Positions 19,311-28,823 of a stretch of DNA of 64,000 bases are shown here, piece by piece (the stretch's first letter is position 1; every line of letters starts with the position of its first letter). The notes below the pieces were generated by a model. It ran no database searches, was not told the DNA's origin, and saw only the letters and a program-made list of their open reading frames with translations. Source of the stretch: an uncultured Eubacteriales bacterium (lineage in GTDB: Bacteria; Bacillota; Clostridia; Peptostreptococcales; Anaerovoracaceae); assembly GCA_949286985.1 (NCBI GenBank), contig CASEEM010000017.1, forward strand, positions 16,176 to 80,175. Direction: 5' to 3'. The translations under genes were made by a program, and so were the position numbers.

Positions 19311-20516
19311 TCAGCGGGCCATCGGGCTCTCCTTGATCATCTTGGCATAATTCAGGATCTCAACGGCCGTATCGAACTTGCTCTTGAGGCCGAGCGGGAA
19401 TTCGCCGTCGCGCGTGATGACCGTGACGACATTAGTCGAACCGCCGAAGCCGGCGCCGTCCTCGAGGAGGCTGTTCGCGCAGATCATATCGAGATGCTTT
19501 TTGAGCATCTTGCCGCGCGAATTCTCGAGGAGGTTCTCCGTCTCCATCGAGAAGCCGCAGACGAGCTGGTCGGTATGAAGCTCGGCGATGTCACTCAGGA
19601 TATCCTTCGTGCGAACGAGCGGAAGGGAGGTCTCGCCTTCCTTCTTCTTGATCTTATGATCGGCGGCTTCTGCCGGACGGTAATCGGCGACGGCCGAGAC
19701 CATGAAGAGATAGTCGCAGGACGGGAACTCCGCCGTGACCGCATCGTGGAGCTCGGCTGCCGTCATAATATCGATGCGGCGAACGCCCTCCGGGGTCTCG
19801 AGCGAGACCGGACCGGCAATCAGCGTGACCTCCGCACCGCGGTAACGGGCCGCGCGTGCGATTTCAAAGCCCATCCTTCCGGTGGAGCTGTTCGAGATGA
19901 AGCGGACCGGATCGAGCGGCTCGCGCGTCGGACCGGCCGTGACAAGGATGTGCTGTCCTTTCATATCGTGAGGGAGGGCGATCTCGGCGCGGATCGCATC
20001 GAGCAGGAGCTCCGGCTCAGCCATCTTGCCTTTGCCTTGATCACCGCAGGCGAGGAGACCGCTCGTCGGCTCGATGATGCGGAAGCCGTAGTGACGGAGC
20101 TTCTCGAGGTTATCCTGCGTGATAGGATTCTCGTACATCGCCGTGTTCATGGCCGGGGCGATGAGCTTCGGACAGGTTGCTGCGAGGAGCGTCGTCGTCA
20201 GCATATCGTCGGCAATGCCGTTTGCTGCTTTGGCGATGACATTCGCGGTGGCCGGGGCGACGATGAAGGCGTCAGCGGCCTTGGCGATGGAGATGTGGGC
20301 GATGTCATATTTGAAATTGCGGTCGAAGGTGTCGACCATGCACTTGTGGCCGGTGCGCGATTCGAAGAGGTACGGCGAGAGGAATTCGGTCGCGTGCTTC
20401 GTCATGATGACGTGGACGTCGGCTCCGTCCTTGAGGAGCGCGCTGACGAGGGAGACCGATTTATAGCAGGCAATGCCGCCGGTGACGCCGACGACAACCG
20501 TCTTGTTCTCTAACAT
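19311..20516 (-). CDS. coaBC: Bifunctional phosphopantothenoylcysteine decarboxylase/synthetase
   Basis: [62 protein letters not shown]. Confidence 0.96.
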   Translation of the reverse strand: MLENKTVVVGVTGGIACYKSVSLVSALLKDGADVHVIMTKHATEFLSPYLFESRTGHKCMVDTFDRNFKYDIAHISIAKAADAFIVAPATANVIAKAANGIADDMLTTTLLAATCPKLIAPAMNTAMYENPITQDNLEKLRHYGFRIIEPTSGLLACGDQGKGKMAEPELLLDAIRAEIALPHDMKGQHILVTAGPTREPLDPVRFISNSSTGRMGFEIARAARYRGAEVTLIAGPVSLETPEGVRRIDIMTAAELHDAVTAEFPSCDYLFMVSAVADYRPAEAADHKIKKKEGETSLPLVRTKDILSDIAELHTDQLVCGFSMETENLLENSRGKMLKKHLDMICANSLLEDGAGFGGSTNVVTVITRDGEFPLGLKSKFDTAVEILNYAKMIKESPMAR

Positions 20517-20681
20517 AGATAGACCTTTCCGGTCCGTTCGATTAAGGAAGAGGAACGGACCCAAGTAAAAAATATTATACAAATTATAGCGCGCGAGGAG
20601 CTTTCTTTCAATGAATGGCGTGTGAAGCACGGTCACGGACGTGAATTTTCCATGAAAATGCGCCGATAAAGCAAAAAATGC

Positions 20682-20710
20682 TTGTCTTGTCAAGAGGACT
20701 TTGATATAAT
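20682..20710 (+). promoter_or_regulatory. SigA-type promoter of rpmE
   Basis: TTGTCT-17 bp-TATAAT with TG extension. Confidence 0.7.
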
Positions 20711-20774
20711 TATCGCGCTGTAATCGTCGGCACGGGGCCCTCGATGCAGACTTTTTAGAAAAGGGGAGAGAAAC

Positions 20775-20972
20775 ATGAAGGAAGGAATCCATCCTGAGTA
20801 TAAGGAATGTAAAGTTACTTGCACATGTGGAAACACCTTTACGACGCTTTCGACCTCTGAGACGATGCGTGTAGACGTCTGCTCGGAGTGCCACCCATTC
20901 TTCACGGGTCAGCAGAAGTTCGCGAACCGTGGCGGCCGCGTCGAGAAGTTCAAGAACAAATACAACCTTTAG
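20775..20972 (+). CDS. rpmE: 50S ribosomal protein L31 (Zn-binding type)
   Basis: [12 protein letters not shown]...[16 protein letters not shown]. Confidence 0.97.
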   Translation: MKEGIHPEYKECKVTCTCGNTFTTLSTSETMRVDVCSECHPFFTGQQKFANRGGRVEKFKNKYNL

Positions 20973-20984
20973 GGATACTAATGA

Positions 20985-21055
20985 GGGACGCTGCGCGGCA
21001 GCGTCCCGTTTTCGAGCGTTTGGACGTTTCTGGGAAACGGACGGGCGCTCTTTTT
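20985..21055 (+). terminator. Two tandem terminator hairpins after rpmE
   Basis: GGGACGCTGC/GCAGCGTCCC+TTTT and GAGCGTTTG...CGGGCGCTC+TTTTT. Confidence 0.65.
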
Positions 21056-21122
21056 ATAGGCAGGAATCGCATAAGCGTGGAAGGAGAAGTGCGGGCCGCG
21101 GTCCGCAGAGAGGGAGCAGGAC

Positions 21123-22186
21123 ATGTTCGACAAGCTGGATTTCATCGTTGAGAAGTATGACGAGCTGGCGAAGAAGGTCGCCGATCCGGACATCATTGCC
21201 AACCAGAAGGAATGGCAGAAGCTGATGAAGGAGATGAGCGAGCTCGAGCCGATCGTCAAGGAGTATACGGAATACAAGAAGGCCAAGGAGGCCATCGAAG
21301 AATCGAAGGAAATCCTCGCCGAGGAGGATGATGAAGAGCTTCGCGAGATGGCGCGCGAGGAGATGAAGGAGAATGAAGCGAAGATCGAGTCGCTCGAGGA
21401 GAGTCTCAAGATCCTCCTTCTCCCGAAAGACCCGAACGATGACAAGAACGTCATCCTCGAGGTCCGTGCCGGTACGGGCGGCGACGAGGCGGCGCTCTTC
21501 GGCAGCGACCTCATGCGCATGTACCTCCGTTATGCGGAGCGCAAGCACTGGAAGACGGAGATCATCGATTTGAATGAAACGGAAATCGGCGGCACGAAGG
21601 AAGCCGTCATCATGATCAAGGGTAAGGGCGCTTATTCGCGTCTCAAGTACGAGAGCGGCGTTCACCGCGTACAGCGTGTTCCGGAGACGGAATCCGGCGG
21701 CCGCATCCACACCTCGGCAGCCTCGATTGCCGTCATGCCGGAGGTCGACGACGTCGAGGTCGATCTCGATCCGAATGACGTCCGCGTCGACGTCTACCGC
21801 GCATCGGGTAACGGCGGTCAGTGCGTCAACACGACGGACTCGGCCGTGCGACTGACGCACATTCCGACGGGACTTGTCGTCACCTGCCAGGATGAGAAGT
21901 CGCAGATCAAGAACAAGGAAAGGCCTTCAAGGTCTTGAAGGCGCGTCTTTATGACCTGATGCTCCAGGAGCAGAATGCCAAGATCGCCGCCGAGCGTAAG
22001 AGCCAGATCGGTACGGGCGACCGCTCGGAGCGCATTCGTACGTACAATTTCCCACAGAGCCGCATCACGGATCACCGCATCGGCCTCACGCTGTACAAGC
22101 TGGACGCCTTCCTGGACGGCGACCTCGATGAGGTCATCGATGCCCTGATCACCGAGGATCAGGCGGAGAAGATGAAGGAATTCTAA
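21123..22186 (+). CDS. prfA: Peptide chain release factor 1, split by a single-base frameshift at about 21919-21921
   Basis: [10 protein letters not shown] (PxT, RF1), GGQ motif, then KARLY...[14 protein letters not shown] in another frame; adding one A restores [13 protein letters not shown]. Confidence 0.93.
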
Positions 22187-22187
22187 G

Positions 22188-23258
22188 ATGAACACGGAAG
22201 AAGAGAGAGTTCTCGGTTATTCGGAGCCTCACGTCTGTGAGACGAAGAAGTTCTCCGTGAACGCGGAAAACCTCGCGCTTGCGGGGGAGATCCTCCGCCG
22301 GGGCGGCCTCGTCGCCTTCCCGACGGAGACGGTCTACGGCCTCGGCGCCGATGCGCTGAACGAGGAAGCCGTCCGCTCCGTCTATCGTGCCAAGGGCCGC
22401 CCGAGCGACAACCCGATGATCGTACATATCGCAAGCCGCGAGGACTTAGAAGGGCTGGTTCGCGAGGTCGGGGAGGACGCGGAGAAGGCGATGGAAGCTT
22501 TCTGGCCGGGTCCGCTCACGATCATCTTTCCGCGGAGCAAGCAGGTTCCGGATACGACGACGGGCGGGCTCGATACGGTCGGAATCCGCATGCCGGGCAA
22601 TGAGACGGCGCGGCGACTGATTGAAGCGGCGAGATGTCCCGTCGCGGCGCCGAGCGCCAATCTCTCGGGGAAGCCGAGTCCGACGACGGCCGCCGATGTC
22701 CTGGAGGACATGGACGGGCGCATCGATGCTGTCCTTCTCGGGGAGGACTGCGACGTCGGCATCGAATCGACGGTGGTCGACATGACGGGTGAGATCCCGA
22801 TGATCCTCCGGCCGGGATATGTGACGAAGGAGATGCTGGAGGAGGTCCTCGGCAAGGAGGTGCGCTACGATCCGGCACTCTTCAGGCAGCCGAGCGGCGA
22901 GGACTTTCATCCGCGTTCGCCGGGCATGAAATATCGCCATTATGCGCCGGAGGCGGAGGTCTGTCTCTACGAGGGCGAGAATCTCGAAGCCGTCCGCCGC
23001 GCGATGGCGGAAGCGGAGAAGAGAGCTTCGGCCCTGGGACGCCGCACGGCGGTTCTCGATTACGGCACAGACAGCCGGGCGGCTGCACATGATTTCTTCG
23101 CGAAGCTCCGCGAGCTCGACCGCGAGGGATACGATCTCATTCTTGTCTCGGGGCTGAAGCGGGAGTCCTTCGGACTTTCGGTCATGAATCGCATGACGAA
23201 GGCGGCGGGATATGAAATCGTCCGCGTGGATGAGACCGACGCTTCCGAGGAAGAGTGA
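22188..23258 (+). CDS. sua5: L-threonylcarbamoyladenylate synthase (Sua5/TsaC)
   Basis: VAFPTETVYGLGA, KGRPSDNP, APSANLSG, GIESTV, SPGMKYRHYAP. Confidence 0.95.
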   Translation: MNTEEERVLGYSEPHVCETKKFSVNAENLALAGEILRRGGLVAFPTETVYGLGADALNEEAVRSVYRAKGRPSDNPMIVHIASREDLEGLVREVGEDAEKAMEAFWPGPLTIIFPRSKQVPDTTTGGLDTVGIRMPGNETARRLIEAARCPVAAPSANLSGKPSPTTAADVLEDMDGRIDAVLLGEDCDVGIESTVVDMTGEIPMILRPGYVTKEMLEEVLGKEVRYDPALFRQPSGEDFHPRSPGMKYRHYAPEAEVCLYEGENLEAVRRAMAEAEKRASALGRRTAVLDYGTDSRAAAHDFFAKLRELDREGYDLILVSGLKRESFGLSVMNRMTKAAGYEIVRVDETDASEEE

Positions 23259-23311
23259 TACCGTAGGACAGGGAAGGACCGCACGGCCTTTTGAATCAAA
23301 ATATGAAGAGC

Positions 23312-23355
23312 ACCGCTCGGGGCACCTTACGGAAGAAGGGCTCTGAGCGGTTTTT
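23312..23355 (+). terminator. Terminator after sua5
   Basis: ACCGCTCGGGGC...GCTCTGAGCGGT followed by a T-run. Confidence 0.65.
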
Positions 23356-23459
23356 GCATGAGGAGGAGCGGGTATTTTCGATAAATGCGTGCAAAAGCGG
23401 CGCCGAAAGGTTAAAATAAAAATTGAGTAAGAATTTCAAGAATCCGAAGGGAGGACAGG

Positions 23460-23894
23460 ATGAAGGTAGTGCTCGGATGCGATCATGCCGGCTATCCGCT
23501 GGCAGTGGAAGTGAAGAAGAAGCTCGAGAGCGAGGGATATGAGGTGCTCGATGTCGGCACGGACTCGACGGAGTCGGTCGATTATCCGATCTACGGCCAT
23601 GCGGTCGGCAAGGCGGTCGCGAGCGGCGAGGCGGAGCGAGGCATCGCCATCTGCGGCTCGGGCATCGGCATTTCGATTGCGGTCAACAAGGTGCCGGGAA
23701 CGCGCTGCGCGCTCTGCACGTCGGTGGAGATGGCGGAGATGTCGCGTCGTCACAATAATGCGAATGTCATCGCGATGGGTGCGCGCATGATCAGCAAGGA
23801 ACTGGCCTTTGAGATGCTGGATACCTGGTTCGCGACGGAGTTTGAGGGCGGCAAGCACCTGCGCCGCATCAATATGTTGGAAGAGGATTGTTAG
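23460..23894 (+). CDS. rpiB: Ribose-5-phosphate isomerase B
   Basis: GCDHAG, VDYP, CGSGIG, RRHNNAN, FEGGKH. Confidence 0.96.
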   Translation: MKVVLGCDHAGYPLAVEVKKKLESEGYEVLDVGTDSTESVDYPIYGHAVGKAVASGEAERGIAICGSGIGISIAVNKVPGTRCALCTSVEMAEMSRRHNNANVIAMGARMISKELAFEMLDTWFATEFEGGKHLRRINMLEEDC

Positions 23895-23913
23895 ATTCGG
23901 AAAGGAGCTACTC

Positions 23914-24555
23914 ATGGATCGCAAGGAAGGCAAGGTCTATGTATTCGACCATCCGCTGATTCAGCACAAAACGGCGTTGATGCGTGAGAAGAGCACGAGC
24001 GTCAAGGAGTTCCGTGAGCTTGCGACGGAGGTCGCCATGCTGATGGGCTTCGAAGCGACGAGAGATCTCCCGCTGGAGGAGGTGGAGATCGAGACGCCGA
24101 TGTGCAAGACGACGGTGAAGATGCTGAAGGGCGAGGACATCGCGATCGTTCCGATTCTCCGCGCCGGACTCGGCTTTGTCGAGGGCATGCTGGCGCTCGT
24201 CCCGAATGCGAAGGTCGGCCATATCGGTCTCTACCGCGATCCGGAGACGCATCAGCCGGTAGAATATTATTGCAAGCTCCCGAAGGATATCGAGAAGAGA
24301 CGTATTTTCGTTGTCGACCCGATGCTGGCGACGGGCGGCAGCGCTGTGGCGGCCATCGATTTCATCAAGAAGAGAGGCGGCAAGGACATCGCCTTCATGT
24401 GCTTGATCGCGGCGCCGGAGGGCATCGACGTGCTTCACGAGGCACACCCGGATGTCGATATCTATATCGCAGCCAAGGACGAGCGCCTCAACGAGGATGC
24501 GTACATCCTCCCGGGACTCGGCGATGCCGGCGATCGTCTCTACGGCACGAAGTAA
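23914..24555 (+). CDS. upp: Uracil phosphoribosyltransferase
   Basis: [40 protein letters not shown]. Confidence 0.97.
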   Translation: MDRKEGKVYVFDHPLIQHKTALMREKSTSVKEFRELATEVAMLMGFEATRDLPLEEVEIETPMCKTTVKMLKGEDIAIVPILRAGLGFVEGMLALVPNAKVGHIGLYRDPETHQPVEYYCKLPKDIEKRRIFVVDPMLATGGSAVAAIDFIKKRGGKDIAFMCLIAAPEGIDVLHEAHPDVDIYIAAKDERLNEDAYILPGLGDAGDRLYGTK

Positions 24556-24566
24556 GAAGTATGTTG

Positions 24567-24595
24567 TTGACAATCACGAAAACAACTGTTATATT
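24567..24595 (+). promoter_or_regulatory. SigA-type promoter of the tyrS leader
   Basis: TTGACA-17 bp-TATATT with TG extension. Confidence 0.8.
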
Positions 24596-24646
24596 TTAAC
24601 TAATCAGATTATCGTTTTTGGGTAAACCACCGAAAGGAAGAGAACG

Positions 24647-24703
24647 ATGAGATTTGCTGTTTCGAAGAATGCGTACTATTATGGCTGCTCGGTAATTCAA
24701 TAG
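24647..24703 (+). CDS. Putative tyrS leader peptide MRFAVSKNAYYYGCSVIQ (18 aa)
   Basis: GAAAGGAAG RBS 6 nt before ATG; tandem TAC-TAT-TAT Tyr codons at 24674-24682; overlaps the attenuator helices. Confidence 0.8.
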   Translation: MRFAVSKNAYYYGCSVIQ

Positions 24704-24776
24704 GGATAGTCATGCTGCGCGCTCTTTCGAAATGAAGAATGGAAAAGCTACCCGCAGCTTCGGCTGCGGGTTTTTT
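24660..24776 (+). promoter_or_regulatory. Transcription attenuator (protector 1:2, antiterminator 2:3, terminator 3:4)
   Basis: Terminator ACCCGCAGC-TTCG-GCTGCGGGT-T5; GCTGCG (24714-24719) can pair with CGCAGC (24753-24758); 24660-24690 pairs with 24703-24732. Confidence 0.8.
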
Positions 24777-24805
24777 CGCGAAGATGATGAACAAGGAGGT
24801 ACATT

Positions 24806-26146
24806 ATGTTAATTCAGATCCCAGATAACGTGAGTGAGTTTACGAACGTTTACGACGTGCTCGAGGAGCGCGGACTGATCGAGAACTGCACCGATCCGGA
24901 GGGTATGCGCAATCTTCTCGGCAGCGAGAAGATCAAGTTTTACGTAGGCTTCGACCCGACGGCGGACTGCCTTCATGTCGGTCACCTCATCCAGATCATC
25001 ATCTTCGCTTACTTCCTGAAGTACGGCCATACGCCGGTTGCGCTGATCGGCGGCGGCACGGTCATGGTCGGCGACCCGTCGGGACGTAATGACATGCGCC
25101 GCATGATGGACGTTGAGGAGATCGATGCGAACGGCCGCGCGTTCAAGGACCTCTTCGATCGTTTCCTTCCGTTCGATGATGAGTGGCAGTACACGCCGGC
25201 CGAGGACAGTCTTTTCGAGAAGGGCACGACGAACCGTGAGCCGCTCCCGGGCAAGGCCGTCAGCGTCAACAATGCGCACTGGCTGAGACATCTCGATTAC
25301 ATCCAGTTCGTCCGCCGCATCGGCACCTGCTTCAACGTGCCGGAGATGCTCCGCGCCGAGTCCTTCAAGCGCCGCATCGCGCAGGGCGGTCTCACTTTCT
25401 TCGAGTTCAACTACATGCTCATGCAGGGCTACGACTTCTACGTCATGGCGCGCGACTTCGGCCTCAAGGCGCAGTTCGGCGGCAGTGACCAGTGGTCCAA
25501 CATCATCGCCGGCGTCAATATCAACAAGAAGCTCGATAACCGCGAGGTCTTCGGCATGACCTTCTCCCTCCTCACGAAGAGCGACGGCGAGAAGATGGGC
25601 AAGACGGCCGGCGGCGCACTCTGGCTCGACGAGAACCGCATCCCGGTCTTCGATTTCTACCAATACTGGAGAAACGTCGCCGATGCTGACGTCGAGAAGT
25701 GCCTCCGCATGCTGACCTTCCTCCCGATGGCGGAGATTCGCGAGCTCACCTCGGTCGAGGGCGCCGAGATGAACAAGGCCAAGGAGCGCCTCGCTTTTGA
25801 GATTACGAAGATTGTTCATGGCGAAGAGAAGGCCAAGAAGGCGATGGAGGATTCCCGAGCCATCTTCATGGGCGGTAAGGATGCTGCATCCGGCAACATT
25901 CCGGAAGAGGAATGCGACAAGTCCCTCTTCGAAGGCGAGGGCATGGGCCTCGCAGCACTCATGAAGGAAGTTGGCCTCGTCTCCTCGAACGGCGAAGGAC
26001 TCCGCACCATCGAGCAAGGTGGCGTCAAGCTGAACGACGAACCGGTCACCGACAAGCGCCGCGTCGTCACCCTGGACGACTTCAAGGACGGCAAGGCTGT
26101 CATCCAGAAGGGCAAGAAGAAATTCGTCGCCGTCGTTCTGAAGTAA
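24806..26146 (+). CDS. tyrS: Tyrosine--tRNA ligase
   Basis: YVGFDPTADCLHVGH, GDPSGR, QFGGSDQWSNI, KMGKT, C-terminal S4-like domain. Confidence 0.97.
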   Translation: MLIQIPDNVSEFTNVYDVLEERGLIENCTDPEGMRNLLGSEKIKFYVGFDPTADCLHVGHLIQIIIFAYFLKYGHTPVALIGGGTVMVGDPSGRNDMRRMMDVEEIDANGRAFKDLFDRFLPFDDEWQYTPAEDSLFEKGTTNREPLPGKAVSVNNAHWLRHLDYIQFVRRIGTCFNVPEMLRAESFKRRIAQGGLTFFEFNYMLMQGYDFYVMARDFGLKAQFGGSDQWSNIIAGVNINKKLDNREVFGMTFSLLTKSDGEKMGKTAGGALWLDENRIPVFDFYQYWRNVADADVEKCLRMLTFLPMAEIRELTSVEGAEMNKAKERLAFEITKIVHGEEKAKKAMEDSRAIFMGGKDAASGNIPEEECDKSLFEGEGMGLAALMKEVGLVSSNGEGLRTIEQGGVKLNDEPVTDKRRVVTLDDFKDGKAVIQKGKKKFVAVVLK

Positions 26147-26181
26147 GGGCAGAAGTCCGAAATCATTTGGAATAGGGTATG

Positions 26182-26211
26182 AAAAAAGCGGAGTGCTTCG
26201 GCACTCCGCTT
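26182..26211. terminator. Terminator after tyrS
   Basis: AAGCGGAGTGC-TTCG-GCACTCCGCTT. Confidence 0.75.
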
Positions 26212-26348
26212 GCTCTGTACGGACTTAAATAGTCTGCGGGGACTTGACCCTTTCGGCCATCGGCGTACAATAAAAGCGTGGGAAAAAATAAACAAATGAG
26301 TCACTATACCACTAGAGGTTAAAAGAATTATTTAAGTGAGGTACCATC

Positions 26349-26807
26349 ATGAAGAAGAAAGTCGATATGAAGGCCGTTCACGAGGATCTGAAGGCCAGAT
26401 TCACAGGCGGTTTCATGTGCTCGGAGACTGTCGTCGATGTGCTTAACCGTCAATTTGAGCTCGGCATGCCGGACGAAGTCATCGCTATCAGCACAGGATT
26501 CCCTTACGGCTTCGGTAACGGGGGCAACGTCTGCGGAGCTGTCGCCGGCGCGACCATGTGCCTCGGCAAGCTCTTCGGCCGCACGGTCCCGGGAGATCCG
26601 AAGTTCCAGAAGTGCCTGGATGTAACGCGCGAGCTGAACGAGGAGGTTATCCGTGAATACGGCACGACCATCTGCCCGGAGCTCATCAAGAATTATTCCT
26701 TCACCGACCCGGAACGCAAGACGCATTGCACGAATATCGTCTTTGCGACGGTCGACGCCTTTGCGCGCATCGTCGAGAGAGAATGCGGCGTCGAGCTCGT
26801 TTGGTAG
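26349..26807 (+). CDS. C-GCAxxG-C-C family putative redox protein
   Basis: GFMCSE, GFG..GNVCGAVAG, TTICPEL, HCTNIV cysteine pattern. Confidence 0.85.
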   Translation: MKKKVDMKAVHEDLKARFTGGFMCSETVVDVLNRQFELGMPDEVIAISTGFPYGFGNGGNVCGAVAGATMCLGKLFGRTVPGDPKFQKCLDVTRELNEEVIREYGTTICPELIKNYSFTDPERKTHCTNIVFATVDAFARIVERECGVELVW

Positions 26808-26846
26808 TTTCAGGACAGGCATTCATCGAAGGAGAAGGAGTCTGTA

Positions 26847-27548
26847 TTGGCTAAAAGAAGCAAAAAGGATCCGCTGCAGAAGTACAGCGGCGGGAGCGGC
26901 ATTCGCAACTGGAAGCTTTCCATCGTCATCTTCGCAGCGGCCGCGGCGCTCTGTGAGTTCTTCCTCATTCGAGGGATCTTGACGAGCGAGGATCGCACGA
27001 TGATGATCCTCGTGACCGCCTTGATGACGCTCGTCTTCGGAACCTTCCTCTTCTCGCTTATCCGCCTCGGACGGAGCGTGAAGGGCGAAGAGGAGAAGAA
27101 TAAGGAGAAGGCAGGAGAAGAGAAGCGAAAGAAGCTCCGTGTGGCAGCGGCCGTCATCCTCGGGAAGGACGGGAGCATCCTCGCTGCGGAGCGCGGCTAC
27201 GGTGCGTACGAAGGCTGGTTCGAATTCCCGGGCGGCAAGCTGGAAGAGGGCGAGACCGCAGAAGCGGCCTGCCGGCGGGAGATCCGCGAGGAGCTCGGCG
27301 CCGAGGTCAAGATCTATAAGGAACTCGCCGTCACGAAGGAGAGTTATCCGGAATACGATGTCGAGCTCCATGCCTTTCTTGCATCGCTTGAGAGCGATAT
27401 GGAGCTGCGCGAGCACCGTTCGGCGCGCTGGCTCAGCGAAGGCGAGCTGGAGGATGTCCGCTGGCTTCCGTCCGATCTCGCCGTCGTGGAGATTCTGAAG
27501 AAGCAGGGGCTCGCGCATTTTGCCGCAATGATCCGCGCGCAGCGGTGA
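26847..27548 (+). CDS. MutT-like NUDIX hydrolase with two N-terminal TM helices
   Basis: WFEFPGGKLEEGETAEAACRREIREELG Nudix box; two hydrophobic segments in the first about 75 aa. Confidence 0.85.
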   Translation: MAKRSKKDPLQKYSGGSGIRNWKLSIVIFAAAAALCEFFLIRGILTSEDRTMMILVTALMTLVFGTFLFSLIRLGRSVKGEEEKNKEKAGEEKRKKLRVAAAVILGKDGSILAAERGYGAYEGWFEFPGGKLEEGETAEAACRREIREELGAEVKIYKELAVTKESYPEYDVELHAFLASLESDMELREHRSARWLSEGELEDVRWLPSDLAVVEILKKQGLAHFAAMIRAQR

Positions 27549-27596
27549 ACGGCGCTGCCCCCGGGAAAGACATCGGAAACTTAGTATTCGAGGCAT

Positions 27597-27629
27597 AGAA
27601 AAAGCGAGGGTCAAACCCTCGCTTTTTCT
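27597..27629. terminator. Terminator after NUDIX gene
   Basis: AGAAAAAGCGAGGG...CCCTCGCTTTTTCT. Confidence 0.8.
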
Positions 27630-27851
27630 GTATAGATATTCTATGGATGGACTATGCGATAGGAGTCTTGGCGTTTCTCCTTGCAATTTAAGACTATCAT
27701 GTGTATAATCATTTGTAAAATAAATGATTCATATTAAATCCATAGATTTCCGTTATTGCTTCGTCTCCGGACGGGCAAGCGGCTAAGAGATGGTATCGTA
27801 TAGAAGGATAGACGAGAGAGCAAGAGAGATAAGGTAGACAAGTGAGGGCGT

Positions 27852-28751
27852 ATGGAGAATCGTAATGTTGCAACCTTTGTTAAGGTCGTAGAGTACAATA
27901 ATTTCACCAAGGCGGCGCAGAGCCTCGGATATTCCCAGGCCGCCGTCACGGCGCAGATCAAGCAGCTCGAGAAGGAACTCGGCGCACCGCTTTTCGACCG
28001 CATGGGTAAACGCATCCGCCTGACGCGTGCGGGCGAACGCTTTCTGCCATATGCCGTCACCATGCTGAAGGCGGAGGAAGAGGCCCTGGCCTGCATCAAG
28101 GAACAGGGCGACTTCTCGGGAGTCCTCCGCATTGGCGCGAGCTCCTCGCTTTCGATGGGTGCGCTCCCGCACATCGCCATGGAATTCGTCAAGCAGCACC
28201 CGGACGTCCACATTGCCGTCCGCGTCTCGGATTTCGTCGATGACCTCCTCGATCGCCTCAACACCGGCGAAATCGACATCATCTTCGTCATGGGCGAGAC
28301 GAACAAGATCCGCGAGTGCACCTACCTCATGGAGAAGGACATCGACATCGTTTTCGTCACCCACCCGGACAACCCGCTCGCCGGCAAGAAGGTCACGCTG
28401 GAGGAATTTCTCAAGCAGCCGGTCGTCGTCTCGGACCGCGCCGTCGGATATACCTATTATCTCGACCACATCGCCGAGCAGCAGGGTCTGCAGCTCGACC
28501 CGATGCTCGAGAGCGGTTCCGTCTCCTCCATCGTCAAAATCCTGGAGGAGGGCTACGGCGTCTCCTACATCCCGTACTTCATGTGCCGCGAAAGCCTGGA
28601 GCAGGGCAAGCTCGCGCTCATTGATGTCGACTTCCCGGACCCACACCTCAAGAGCCGCATGCTCTGCCACAAGAGCAAATGGGTCGACCCGATGATGCAG
28701 GCCTTCGTCGAGTACGCCAACAACAACCACTGGACGAAGAAGGAAGATTAA
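27852..28751 (+). CDS. LysR-family transcriptional regulator
   Basis: NFTKAAQSLGYSQAAVTAQIKQLEKELGAPLFDR HTH; 299 aa. Confidence 0.95.
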   Translation: MENRNVATFVKVVEYNNFTKAAQSLGYSQAAVTAQIKQLEKELGAPLFDRMGKRIRLTRAGERFLPYAVTMLKAEEEALACIKEQGDFSGVLRIGASSSLSMGALPHIAMEFVKQHPDVHIAVRVSDFVDDLLDRLNTGEIDIIFVMGETNKIRECTYLMEKDIDIVFVTHPDNPLAGKKVTLEEFLKQPVVVSDRAVGYTYYLDHIAEQQGLQLDPMLESGSVSSIVKILEEGYGVSYIPYFMCRESLEQGKLALIDVDFPDPHLKSRMLCHKSKWVDPMMQAFVEYANNNHWTKKED

Positions 28752-28773
28752 GAATATTTGGTTTCACGAAAAA

Positions 28774-28801
28774 ACGGAGCAGAGAATGATCTCTGCTCCG
28801 T
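28774..28801. terminator. Terminator between convergent LysR and OYE genes
   Basis: ACGGAGCAGAG...CTCTGCTCCGT inverted repeat with flanking A/T runs. Confidence 0.75.
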
Positions 28802-28823
28802 ACTTTATTTGGACTTGATAGGA

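Noticed and set aside
21929-21940. prfB-like programmed frameshift at TCT TGA
   Set aside because: The gene is RF1 (PET motif), the required shift is -1 rather than +1, and homology breaks five codons earlier
24600-24800. T-box, c-di-GMP-I riboswitch or SRP RNA in the tyrS leader
   Set aside because: No GGTGGNACC T-box or Stem I motifs; GGTAAACC..GAAA lacks the following GGGACGCAAAGC; CCGAAAGGAAG lacks the SRP CAGG/AGCA loop. The uORF attenuator explains the region better.
26296-26322. Tiny uORF MSHYTTRG upstream of the C-GCAxxG-C-C gene
   Set aside because: No clear RBS, codon run or associated terminator
28760-28775. Extra parS-like site GGTTTCACGAAAAAAC
   Set aside because: Right half is degenerate and overlaps a terminator A-run
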